NCBI GenBank assembly: GCA_963782915.1
Contig: CAWALK010000002.1
Coordinates: forward strand, 1-49,734
DNA length: 49,734 bases
DNA from: an uncultured archaeon
Lineage (GTDB): Archaea; Thermoproteota; Bathyarchaeia; Bathyarchaeales; Bathycorpusculaceae
Reading direction: 5' to 3'
Shown: piece after piece, positions 30,068 through 40,600 of the stretch
How the letters are laid out: each line of letters opens with the position of its first letter
How positions within the stretch are numbered: the stretch's first letter is position 1
Made by a program: the position numbers and the translations under genes
The notes under the pieces: generated by a model
What the model was told of the DNA's origin: nothing
Seen by the model: only the letters and a program-made list of their open reading frames with translations
Database searches by the model: none

Positions 30068-30834
30068 ATGTCTCTTGAATCAGGCAGAAAATTAGGATTA
30101 ACCGCGAGTATCATAGCAATTACCGCTCCAATCATTACTAGCCATAACCTCTGTTGGCTTATTCATATCGTTACTCAGTTCTATTAGCTCAACCATAGGC
30201 AGAAGCACCCCATCAAACACTACAATATTCCCCTTCACAATATTCAGTGTTGTAATAGTAGCAGCAGCAATGATAGTAAGTGTCATCGTTTTCAAACTCC
30301 TCCTGATGTGCCATGAACAATCTATCAAAATACTACGGCGAACCAGCCATCTACAAAAACCTACTCAACGCCTTTATCCTATATATAATTAGTATTGTAG
30401 CTATAGGTGTCGCATTAGCAGTAATTTTTGCAACAACAGCAACAAATAATGTCGTTCGTACCACATCGGCCCCAGTGGTTTCAGCAATTTGGGTAATTGG
30501 CGGTTTAGGATTATTGCTCATTGGCTTACTTGCCATAGTGATATACAGTGTCGTTCTCATAAAACGAGCGTTTGACAAATTAGCTGATAAATCAGGAGTT
30601 AATAGTTTCAGAGAAGCAGGGTTACTTCTTTTGATAGGCGCCTTTGTACCCTTAGTAGCTTACGTTGGATGGATTTTTGCTGCAATCGGATACAACAGAC
30701 TTACACCAAACAAACAAGGAACAGCATATCCCCAATATATTGCACCTGCTGGACCCACCAAACGTTGCCCACACTGCGGAACAGAAAACAGCCCAGACGC
30801 AATCTACTGCAGAAATTGTGGCAGACAATTCTAA
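30068..30834 (+). CDS. DUF996-like membrane protein with C-terminal zinc ribbon; indel near 30310
   Basis: MSLESGRKLG start; LSKYYGEPAIYKN; LADKSGVNSFREAG; CPHC...CRNCG. Confidence 0.75.
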
Positions 30835-30930
30835 AACATCTGCCCAACTGACAATTTACCCCTGCCTGATTTTTCATAAAAAATCTTATATCTGAGGGAT
30901 TGCTCCTCTTTGTTTAGAAGTTGTGTTTTT

Positions 30931-31911
30931 ATGGCAGTCAAAATAACGCCAGAATATACTGACCTACTCAACCAAGCGGTTGAAAGGGAAATTCAGGTTT
31001 CAATTCAATATTTTCTTCAACATGCAAAAATGGAGAAGCTAAAAAAACGAGAAATACCAGAAAACATTCTACTGGACAAAACCGTTTATGACGCTGTCGG
31101 CAAAATTCTGCATGAAATCGCTATCCAAGAAATGAAACATGCAGGCTCCATCATGGAACGCATCTACTACCTCGGCGGAGCAGCAACCACTAAATCCAAG
31201 CAACCCGTCATCGGCAACAGCATAAGCGAATTCGCAAAACTCGGTGTTAAAGCGGAAGAAGAAGCCCTCACATTATACCGCAACATAATAGAAACAGCCG
31301 GTAAGATGGGTGACTGGGAAACACGGGAACTCTTCGAGAAAATCTACGGCGAAGAAGAAGACCACCTCTTCAAATTCCAAGAATACACCGCTTTCCAAGA
31401 CGAAAAAGACGAGCCTTATCATGTACCTATGCCGGAGTGGCGTAAAATCTTCACCGATGACTACTTCGCATTGCTTAACAAGGCAGTTGCAGCTGAAATC
31501 GCAGGCATCATACAATATACCAATCAACATGAAAAAGCATCTTTCCTAGAATTACGCATGAGAAAAACACCCTTAGAAGCCGTACAGGACACCAATAGTG
31601 CGGCGGTGGTGAGCAAGATTCTCAAAGACATTTTCATGACGGAGATGAAGCATCTGGAGATGATTAGCGAACGCATCTACCTCATCGAGGGTGAAGCAGT
31701 AACTAACCCAGAGCCGTTTCCAGTAGTCGGGGAAACAGTACTTGATATGCTACGGCTTGACCATGCGTTGGAGAGCACTTCAATTTTGCTGTATCGCCAA
31801 ATCGTGGCTGAAGCACTTAAACTCGGGGATACTACGACTAGGTTGATGTTTGAGGAGATTGTGAAGCAAGAAGAAGAGCACTTCTGGACTTTTGATGACT
31901 TCGTAAAGTAA
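30931..31911 (+). CDS. Tandem two-domain ferritin/bacterioferritin-like protein
   Basis: Each half has LLN-x-AV-x-x-EI...QY, EMKH, ERIY-x-x-x-G, E...LYR, GD-x-x-TR-x-x-FE-x-I...EE-x-H. Confidence 0.85.
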   Translation: MAVKITPEYTDLLNQAVEREIQVSIQYFLQHAKMEKLKKREIPENILLDKTVYDAVGKILHEIAIQEMKHAGSIMERIYYLGGAATTKSKQPVIGNSISEFAKLGVKAEEEALTLYRNIIETAGKMGDWETRELFEKIYGEEEDHLFKFQEYTAFQDEKDEPYHVPMPEWRKIFTDDYFALLNKAVAAEIAGIIQYTNQHEKASFLELRMRKTPLEAVQDTNSAAVVSKILKDIFMTEMKHLEMISERIYLIEGEAVTNPEPFPVVGETVLDMLRLDHALESTSILLYRQIVAEALKLGDTTTRLMFEEIVKQEEEHFWTFDDFVK

Positions 31912-32227
31912 GTCATAAGTCAATTCCTTCTTTATTTTGCATCTTTTTAACTTCTTTTTTGTTCTCCTACTTAGAAAGCAACGAAAACGTATCTTATCGC
32001 TATATAAGGTTTGTCAGTGCGCATATTCCACAAAATGTTATAAGTAAAAAGCCCTGAAGTAATTCATAACAGGCAGGTGGGTTGAGCAAAAAGTTGTGTT
32101 TCAGTTAATAAAGGGGCTGAATGGGTTTTGGAGGACATCCCACATATAACTTACGTGTGTTCTCTTTTCTCCTTAATTCAAACCTTCAAGGCCTCAGCAA
32201 ACCCTAAACTGAAACTTTTGCTTCTAC

Positions 32228-33505
32228 CTATTTCTTGGGTTTAATCTCGCAGTTCTGCTTAAGCGTCGCAACCACATTAGCCGGCAAGTCACGTTCAACC
32301 ATCAAGTTTGCGCCAACCCACGTGTTAGGTCCAACCTTTATGCCCGGCATAAACAGCGACTTAATTCCGGTCTTAACATTATCGCCGAGGATAGCACCAA
32401 GTTTACGCCGCCCTGTATCCACAACCTTATCCTTAATCACCATTTTAATGCGGCCATCATCAAAACGCAAATTCGCAGTAATCGTACCTGCACCCAAGTT
32501 ACATTTTTCCCCAAACACACTATCACCGACGTATGAAAGATGACCCACATGGGTGCCGTCCATTATGATACTGTTCTTGATTTCTACGGCGTTTCCAACG
32601 CGGACTTTTTTGCCCAAGCTTGTGCCGCTACGGATGAAACAGTTGGGTCCGACGTCGGCTTCTTCGTCGATGAAGACGGGGCCTTCTATGTAGGCGCCTG
32701 AACGTATCCTTGCAGTCTCAGCAACTGTAACAGGACCAATCAGGTGTGCACCTGCCTCGATGGTGCCCAAAACGCGGTGTTCCATACGTTTTAGCGCCCA
32801 AACGTTCGCATCCAGCAAATCCCATGGGCGACCCACGTCGAACCAGTCATCTTTAGAAAGTTCGACGGCGACTACAGTTTTGCCTTCTTGTGCGAGCATC
32901 GTGATTGCGTCGGTTAACTCCCATTCGCCACGGATTGAAGCGGTTGTCTGTTTGATTTTATCGAAAACTTCTTTGGAGAAAACGTAAACTCCGGCGTTCG
33001 CAAGGTTTGACGGTGCTGTCCCCGGCACCGGTTTCTCGACAAGGCGTTTAACATGTTTCTGAGTGTCTTGTTCGATTATACCATAGTTTTCCGGGTTGTC
33101 AACGGGCACTACGCCCATGGCAGCTGCGGTTTCGCCGCTTTTGAATTTAGCGAGAACATCTTTAACGGCGTCCTGCCCAAACAGCAAATCACCATAAATC
33201 AATACAAAGTCGCCGTCGAGATGGGGTTCAGCGACTCCTGCCGCGTTTCCGGTGCCCAGAATCTTGGGTTGCTCCACATAAGTGATTTTCAAGCCCAACT
33301 TTGAGCCGTCGCCAAAATAGCTGCGAATAGCCTCACCCATATAGTGGGTGACAACTATGGCTTCATCGATTCCTGCTTTTTTTACGGCTTCTAGGCAGAA
33401 TTGGAGGATCGGTTTGCCGCCGACTTTTATGAGGTGCTTGGGGCGTGTTGCCGTTATGGGTTGGAGCCTTTCGCCTGCTCCTGCTGCCAGAAGTACTGCT
33501 TTCAT
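32228..33505 (-). CDS. glmU: Bifunctional sugar-1-phosphate nucleotidyltransferase/acetyltransferase (archaeal GlmU)
   Basis: LAAGAGERLQP...PK; hexapeptide repeats; HLSYVGDS; ANLRFD; GRRKLGA. Confidence 0.92.
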   Translation of the reverse strand: MKAVLLAAGAGERLQPITATRPKHLIKVGGKPILQFCLEAVKKAGIDEAIVVTHYMGEAIRSYFGDGSKLGLKITYVEQPKILGTGNAAGVAEPHLDGDFVLIYGDLLFGQDAVKDVLAKFKSGETAAAMGVVPVDNPENYGIIEQDTQKHVKRLVEKPVPGTAPSNLANAGVYVFSKEVFDKIKQTTASIRGEWELTDAITMLAQEGKTVVAVELSKDDWFDVGRPWDLLDANVWALKRMEHRVLGTIEAGAHLIGPVTVAETARIRSGAYIEGPVFIDEEADVGPNCFIRSGTSLGKKVRVGNAVEIKNSIIMDGTHVGHLSYVGDSVFGEKCNLGAGTITANLRFDDGRIKMVIKDKVVDTGRRKLGAILGDNVKTGIKSLFMPGIKVGPNTWVGANLMVERDLPANVVATLKQNCEIKPKK

Positions 33506-34866
33506 TGCTTTTGTGCCTCGATTTGTTTGTGTATTAGTGCTGAGGCTTTTGCGGTTATATCTTTTGCCGCCTCTGCTGATTCTCCTTCGACAGTTAAGCG
33601 GATGAGGGGTTCGGTGCCTGAGGCGCGGACTAGTAACCAGCCGTTTTTGAGGGCTAATCGTGCGCCGTCAATGGTTGAGTAATCCGTGTAAGCCGGGAAA
33701 GCTGCTTTTAGAGTGGCGCCGAGTTGCTCGATTAAACCGTATTTTTGGTCATTTCGGCAGGTAAAGTTTACTCGTTGCGTTATGTACTCCGGGACTTCAC
33801 CGATAAACTCTGAAACGGTTTTGTTTTCTGCTTCAAGTGCGGCAAGGAACAGAGCAGCCGAGAGTGGGCCGTCAGGGCACAAATGCAGCTGAGGATTCAC
33901 CCATGCGCCACAGGGTTCACCCCCAAATATGCCACCTTCGATTTTGATTGCTTCTGAAACATAAATGTCGCCGACTCTTGTGCGGACCACTTTGCCGCCG
34001 GCTCTCTGTGCCATCGTTTCGACACACATGGAAGCCTCGATAGTGGTAATGATGATTCCGCCGCCGTTTCGTTTTAGGGCATATGCGCCGTATGCTGCTA
34101 AGGAACGGTCAAAATTTACGAAAACACCGTTTTCATCTACAAACGCCACTCGGTCTGCGTCGCCGTCAAAGGCTACCCCGAGGTCAGCGCCGAGGGCTTT
34201 CACAGCTTTTGAGAGGTCTTGGAGTGTTTCAGCGTTTGGCTCTGATTTTCGTGCCGGGAAATATCCGTCCGGTTGGGCGTTTAGGGCGGTTACTTTGCAC
34301 CCTAACGCCTTGAGTAGCGTTGGGCCGACACTGAATGCGGCGCCGCATCCGGGGTCAACGACGATATGCCACTGTTTCTTGAGTGAAACCGCAGCAAGCG
34401 CCATTTTCAAGTAAGATTCGGTGGCATCTATTGGGGTGGTGTTTCCGAGTTGTCGCCAATCAGCCAACACATAGCTGTCTTGTGTAACGATTTTTTCGAC
34501 GGTATCTTGGTCAGCGTCTGTGTAGGATAGGCTATCGGCGTTGAATACTTTTATCCCATTATATTGTGGCGGATTATGGGAAGCTGTAAGCATAAAACCG
34601 ACTTCTGCGCCGAATGCTTTTGTCGCATAAGCACAAACAGGCGTCGGCACTATACCTGTGAGCAATACTTCAACGCCGCAGGAGAGTAAACCAGACACTA
34701 AAGCATCTTCAATCATATCGCCGGATACACGGGTGTCTTTGGCAACTATTGCTTTCTTTGCTTTAGCATGCGTAGCTACTGCTGATGCTACTTTGCAGGC
34801 TAAAACGGGGGTTAAATCAACGTTGGCTAATCCTCTAACACCGGAGCTTCCAAACAGTTTACCCAT
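33502..34866 (-). CDS. glmM: Phosphoglucosamine mutase / phosphohexomutase
   Basis: LFGSSGVRG, TASHNP, FDGDADR, GGEPCG, RASGTEP. Confidence 0.88.
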   Translation of the reverse strand: MGKLFGSSGVRGLANVDLTPVLACKVASAVATHAKAKKAIVAKDTRVSGDMIEDALVSGLLSCGVEVLLTGIVPTPVCAYATKAFGAEVGFMLTASHNPPQYNGIKVFNADSLSYTDADQDTVEKIVTQDSYVLADWRQLGNTTPIDATESYLKMALAAVSLKKQWHIVVDPGCGAAFSVGPTLLKALGCKVTALNAQPDGYFPARKSEPNAETLQDLSKAVKALGADLGVAFDGDADRVAFVDENGVFVNFDRSLAAYGAYALKRNGGGIIITTIEASMCVETMAQRAGGKVVRTRVGDIYVSEAIKIEGGIFGGEPCGAWVNPQLHLCPDGPLSAALFLAALEAENKTVSEFIGEVPEYITQRVNFTCRNDQKYGLIEQLGATLKAAFPAYTDYSTIDGARLALKNGWLLVRASGTEPLIRLTVEGESAEAAKDITAKASALIHKQIEAQKQ

Positions 34867-34935
34867 CCAAATATCCACCTAAGCTCTATGCTGCATGGTA
34901 GAGCACTGATGGCTTAAAAGAATTTAGGATGTAGC

Positions 34936-36021
34936 TTACGTGTTTGCTTTCAGGAAAGCCAGGACTTTAGCTTTTGTGGGATGTCTGCCGTCGGGTCCTG
35001 ATAGGTAACAGGCTGAAACGGCATTTGCCAACATAAGGCGACATTCATCTGAGAGGCCATTGTTATCTGCTAAAATGTTGCCTGCATTCCAAGCGTCACC
35101 AGCGCCAGTCGCGCGGAAAACCTCTATTTTAAACGTTGGAACTACAACCTCATGTTTACCCTTTAGGCTGGCTGAGAAAATGGTGGTATGCAAATCAATG
35201 CGTGCCGAAAGATGCCTGGCTAAAACTCTGGCTGCTTCCATCGCCAACTCTGCAAAGCTCAACTGCCCCTTTTTCTGCTTTAAATCTTCATCCAGTAAGC
35301 TGGCGTAGGTGATGGCTTCGTTTTCGTTCACACTTAAAATGTCCATTTTGGAGGTTTTAAGTACTTTATCCATAAAGTAGGGTATGCCTTGCGAGTTGGG
35401 GTTTGGGTCCGCTGTGTCAAAATACGTTTTACCCCTGCCGTCAAATTTTGCTCTCTCAAAAACCGCCTGTGCCAATGCCGTTCCATATTTTAGGGTACCT
35501 GCCCAATTGAAGAGGCAAACGTAATCAGCGTTTTCGATTAACTCATAATCATTTTCGTTTAAGTCCGATGGGCTAAAATCTGCTAGGGAACCAAGGTCTC
35601 TTAGCATCACATTGATTTTCTCGTTTATACCCCTAAATTCGAGGGCGGTTGTTATGGATGCTTTTCCGGAGGTTTTGATGTGTGAGAGATCCATCGACGC
35701 ATCTTTGAAGTGGTACTTGATTAGTTGCAGCCCATACTCGCTTGTACAGATAACTGGCGTAACCGCTACGCCTAAACTGGAAAGCGCTGAAGCCGTGTTT
35801 ATGGCGTTTCCGCCTTTCATATCCATCTGGAGGATGCCATCTATACTGCCTCCTTTGCGTTCAGCTACCCTTCCAATAGCCGCCGAAAACTCGGTTGTAT
35901 CCCAAGGCAAATTCAGGATTCGGTCAAGGAAAAAATCGGGCATAACAACAACCCGGCAGTCATTAGTCGTGGTTTGTTGTAGAAAATTTAGCAGTTCTTG
36001 TTTGGCTGTCGTCAAAGACAT
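34936..36021 (-). CDS. PfkB family carbohydrate kinase
   Basis: GGNAINTA, SVNENEA, ATGAGDAWNAG. Confidence 0.85.
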   Translation of the reverse strand: MSLTTAKQELLNFLQQTTTNDCRVVVMPDFFLDRILNLPWDTTEFSAAIGRVAERKGGSIDGILQMDMKGGNAINTASALSSLGVAVTPVICTSEYGLQLIKYHFKDASMDLSHIKTSGKASITTALEFRGINEKINVMLRDLGSLADFSPSDLNENDYELIENADYVCLFNWAGTLKYGTALAQAVFERAKFDGRGKTYFDTADPNPNSQGIPYFMDKVLKTSKMDILSVNENEAITYASLLDEDLKQKKGQLSFAELAMEAARVLARHLSARIDLHTTIFSASLKGKHEVVVPTFKIEVFRATGAGDAWNAGNILADNNGLSDECRLMLANAVSACYLSGPDGRHPTKAKVLAFLKANT

Positions 36022-36109
36022 GAAAAGGCTCCTGTAGAGTATTTTCCAAAAAGCTAAAATAACCTTTTGATTATGAGTGTGACCTTACAGATACTCGGAA
36101 GTTGAATAC

Positions 36110-36346
36110 TTGGGGTTGCAGTTCAAAAGAGAAGTAAGTTTACTCGTAATCGCAATTGCATTGTTTGCAGTCGGCACATTCTTCTACACATATCAAATAT
36201 CAAGCGGCGGCGAAGCCACCCTTATGAGCCAAAGCTTAGTCTACCCGTACAGGGCATTGGCAATTGCATTCGTGGGCATCGGTTCCGCCTCAATGGTTAT
36301 AGCATCTATTTCTTATTCGAGAAAAAACAAAAACGTTGTTTCCTAA
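36110..36346 (+). CDS. Small two-TM protein
   Basis: Two hydrophobic helices around YPYR. Confidence 0.65.
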   Translation: MGLQFKREVSLLVIAIALFAVGTFFYTYQISSGGEATLMSQSLVYPYRALAIAFVGIGSASMVIASISYSRKNKNVVS

Positions 36347-36353
36347 AAATTTT

Positions 36354-37160
36354 TTAACTGCCTATAACAGTACGCACCAGTAGCCAAACTACATCGCCGA
36401 ATACTAAAGCAACAATCAAACCCAAAGTGACAAAGATAAGCATGGGCAAGCCCGGTGTAGCCCAAACGTAGCAGTCGATTTTTTTGGCGTCTGCAGCACT
36501 GGAGAGGCGTTCAACGATTTTATCTCTGCCGTCATCGCGGGGAACAATTACTAGTTTACGGTTTAGGTCCACATAGCGGTCGTCTATGTCTTCCATTGGG
36601 AAGATGTGCCATTTCTCTTTAACTTTGCATATGTTCATTTTGTAGCCGGTGATGAGTACGAGGAATTTTTTGCCCATTGACTCAGTTCTTAGCGAACCCG
36701 CAAACAAGGGTACGTTGCGTTTTTTGTGCCATACTATGTTGCGCAGTATCATGTATATGCCGCTTGCGGCTGCGAAGAGGACGCCGTTGCCAAAGATTGT
36801 TATTGGGAAAATCATCTGTGACTGCGGTGAGATTGCGGCGTCGATGAGCGGTGTAAATAGGACTAATGGGGCGAAGGGTAATGCGAGCGCGATGCACATG
36901 AGGGCTTTTGAGTCAGCGCCGCCGAAACCGCCAGTATAGAACAGCAGCAACGCAATGCCAACGGTTACTCCGGCACTTAAGCCAAACCAGGGCAACGAAG
37001 ACGGTTCAAACAGCAGCAACTCCGCCAACGTCAACGCTAAAGCTATAGGTGCATAGATTGCCCAGACTTTGTTGCTGACTTCGCGGCATTTGTAGTCTCT
37101 CCAGGAAGCGTAGATAAGAATAATCAGGGAAACAATTACGCTGCTGGATAATAGGACCAT
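36354..37160 (-). CDS. Prepilin/prearchaellin peptidase, A24 family (FlaK/PibD-like)
   Basis: ASWRDYKCREV (first Asp), FGGADSKAL (GxGD-like), VWATPGLPMLIF. Confidence 0.9.
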   Translation of the reverse strand: MVLLSSSVIVSLIILIYASWRDYKCREVSNKVWAIYAPIALALTLAELLLFEPSSLPWFGLSAGVTVGIALLLFYTGGFGGADSKALMCIALALPFAPLVLFTPLIDAAISPQSQMIFPITIFGNGVLFAAASGIYMILRNIVWHKKRNVPLFAGSLRTESMGKKFLVLITGYKMNICKVKEKWHIFPMEDIDDRYVDLNRKLVIVPRDDGRDKIVERLSSAADAKKIDCYVWATPGLPMLIFVTLGLIVALVFGDVVWLLVRTVIGS

Positions 37161-37612
37161 TTGAACTAAGTCTAGGAATGGGATTGGCGGGTGCTCCTCT
37201 TTTCGTTATAAGGTTAGCTTGTGGATACTTTAGGATATAAGATTTTGTCGGTAATTTATAGTACGACAAGTGCAGGTTTCGCATGAATATTGCGGGTTAA
37301 TGTTTTTTCTATAGTTGTTGTTGGGGGAAAGTGCCTTTACACAACAACAACCAGCAGGTTGAGCAGGCGACTGTTTTTTGGTGTCTACGTTTGCTTTGCG
37401 TTACAGGTTAGTTGTGGAGACTTTTTGCAAGCAGATACAGACCGAGCGCTGATTTTGTTTTTTTATTGTTAGAAGAAGGCAGTGCGCTCACTATTCTTCT
37501 TCTACTAAGGGGACTTTGAGGGGCAATGCTTTTTTGTTTCTGAGTCTGGTCTGCGTTGCTGGCTGGTTGTGGTGTAATCCTCAAGCAGAACCGTTTGGGC
37601 AAGGTAGATGCT

Positions 37613-40600
37613 TTAGCTTTTGGCAGTCACAGTTAACATCGGCGGATACTCAGCTAAAATCCACAGCCCCATCGGAGTTGTGGCGTCGTAAAAGTTGCAG
37701 ATAGGCGTAGAATTATCGAAGGTTGCTACTGCACCCTGCCACGTGATGTCGTAAGCTGTGCGGAAAGACACTGACCCTGAACTGACAGGTAACAATTCCA
37801 GCAAGTTGGTGCTGGTTCTAAGTGCGCCTTTTGCTGTGCTGAGTGGGAAGTTGTCAAATGCGTAGAGCCGCTCGTTTTGGATGTCACTAAACATTAACCC
37901 TGCACCTTTGTTGTTGCTGCCATCTTGAATGTACTGCATAAAATAATGGTCTGTGTAACCGCCGACTGTGAAGTTGGCGTAGGTTGCAGAGCCGTTGATT
38001 ACTATGGGGAAATCTTTGAGAGTGCCATTTTCCGTTTGCAACGTAGTCGGAGTTACCGATGTTGTAAGTCGCAGTGGGCAAAGGTCAATTATGCTACGTG
38101 CCTGCGTGGAATTGATGAACATAAGCCGTAACTGATAGTTGTAATATGTGGCATTAGCTGGTAGCATAATAACAATGTTTGCATACACGTTGGGGCATCC
38201 CTCTGCGCCACCGCCACTGCCTGCAGTCCCCCATTCAGCCTCCTCCATCGCCACATCTCGGACAACACCATGATGAATAACCAACGATGTACCAGAACCG
38301 TAGGTACCGCCTTCAGAATTGACCCGCATAAACGTTGCCGTGCTAAAAGTGGTGGTTCCCGCCACAGTTGCCTTCACGGCACCCCCCGTAAAGAGAAGCG
38401 TAACGTTACCATTGTTGTAGATTCCCGAAGCTGTATCATCGTTTTTGAAAAATGTGTTGACATATGCGTTGGGGGTTTGGACTGCGGTATCGCTTCCGTT
38501 CCACCAAATCGTAAAGTCACTCACAGCGCTGTTTGCAAGGAATACTATCATTTGGCGGTTGCTAAAAACGGTGGTGTTACTGGTTAAGCCTAAGGGGATT
38601 TGGTAGTTGGATGCCCAGTCTTCGATTTGGAAAGGCACTTCTTTGTTGACGCCGCAGATGGTTTGGTTTAGGTGGAGAGCTTTTACTGGGATCGGCGGGA
38701 TAGGAATGGTTTTTGTGGTTACGTTCATGTTTTGCCCCAGCCAACGCATTGTACCATTCTGCAGCACTTCAACGGTGAAAGTTGATTGTTGACGATTAAC
38801 GAGAAATGTTACGTCAGGTTGGTCTTTGATGTAGACACAATCAATGTTAAAGGTGTCCTGTATGATGTCGGTTAAATCGTTGCTTCCAACAAACCGAATC
38901 AACATAGTAGACGAATCAATGTAGGGCGTTAATGAAGCGTTGTTGAAGTAGTTAGGCGTCAGAGTCATCAAGTTAATCCATGCTCCTCCATGCCAAACCT
39001 GAACAATCAACGGTTCCGCATCCATTGCACCAGTTTTTATGCAGAGGTCTTGCCGGGAATAGGAGGGGTCAACGGTTAACCATTGCTCATGGAGGTCGAT
39101 TGCGTAGTTGGGTATTTCGGGTGTATATTGTGCTAAGTCAAAGTTGACGTCGAATGGGGTTGTTGTGGTTTTGGTTGCGTTTATGAGGATTTTCCAGTTT
39201 TTGCCGCCGCTCAAAAAGTTAGCCATGCTCACGTTTATGGTTTGGGTGCTAAATACATCAGAGTTGCCTAAGGTTGCGGTCATGTAGCCGTCTCCGCCCG
39301 CTGGGTATGCGAGGGTGTTATAGTTGTAGAGTTGAAGCGTGGCAGCAACATTATTTGTTGATGCGGAAGCGTCTATCATCCAAGCTAAATCGGTCCATGG
39401 CAGAGGAGTGTTTGATGACCCAGTGAACTCAACCGTTGTTGTGTATTGGTTTGCAGGTGAATAAGTGCAGTATATGCTTAATTGTCGCTGGTTGCCGCCG
39501 TCAGTGAGTGTTGCGGGCCAAGTTGGGTAAGTTGCAGTTCTACTGAATCGTTCTACGTTTACGTTATTGTCACGGTAAATGTTAACGTTGGTTATATCTG
39601 AAGATAAAACCGCCAACACGTAATCCGTTGCTTGAGTTAAAGTCTGGGGGGAAGCAAAGTTGAAGGTGACCCAGTTATCGGTGGTGCCTAACAGTTTTTC
39701 TTGAGTTTCATTAACGTAAGCTCCGGCGGCTGTGTATAATGCTGCTTTTGCTCTGAATTCCGAGTTGTAATTGCAGTAAATAGAGTAACGATAAGAGTCC
39801 TGTTGGAAAGTCACTGTAGGCGACCATGTACCGTAGGTTTGACTAACCGTTCTACCGTTTCCGCCTGAGTTTTGGCTATAACGCAATATTGCGCTGCCGC
39901 TTCCAGTCTCAGACCAAACCACCAAGATGTAATTGGTTGATTCTGTTAGGGTCGGTGGAGAGGCAAAATTGAAGGTTCTCAAAGCTGGAGTCGCATTAGC
40001 GGGTACGGATTGTTCAATAGTTGAAGCTACTATGTTGCCGTTGTTGTCGTATATTGCGGCTTTCATGTTTTTTGCGCTTGTAGTACATAGGATGTAAGCT
40101 GTGATGCTTTGGGCGACTACAGGAGATGCAGGAGAAGTGAAACGTTGCCCCCTTATCGTGTCGTTGATGGCGTCGCCGTTGTTACCTGAGGTTGCTGTGT
40201 TTCCAAAGTTGGCGCTTGCAGAATTAAATTGCAGATACGCACTTATGCTGTTGGCGAGACCAGCCTGCGTGGTTGTGAAACGTGAACCTAAAACAGTGCT
40301 TAACACAATTGTTCCGCTGCCTTTAGTGGGGTTGCCAAAATCAGCTGAACCAGCAAAGTTTGTGCCATAGGAGTGGAAACTCATGTAGCCTTGGTTGTTG
40401 CTTTGCAGGTCACTTAAGGCGCCACCCACTAGTGTAGTTGTTGTGCCAAAACTGTTCCAACCTGTGGGGTAGGAGGGTTGTGGTACCACTCCGTGTGCGG
40501 CCTCTGTTAATGTGTCATAGACTCCGTCGGGACCAGTCTGTTGTGACGCAAAGTCGGTGTGTGTTCCTATTTGTGGGTCGGCCGTCTCAACAAAATGCGA

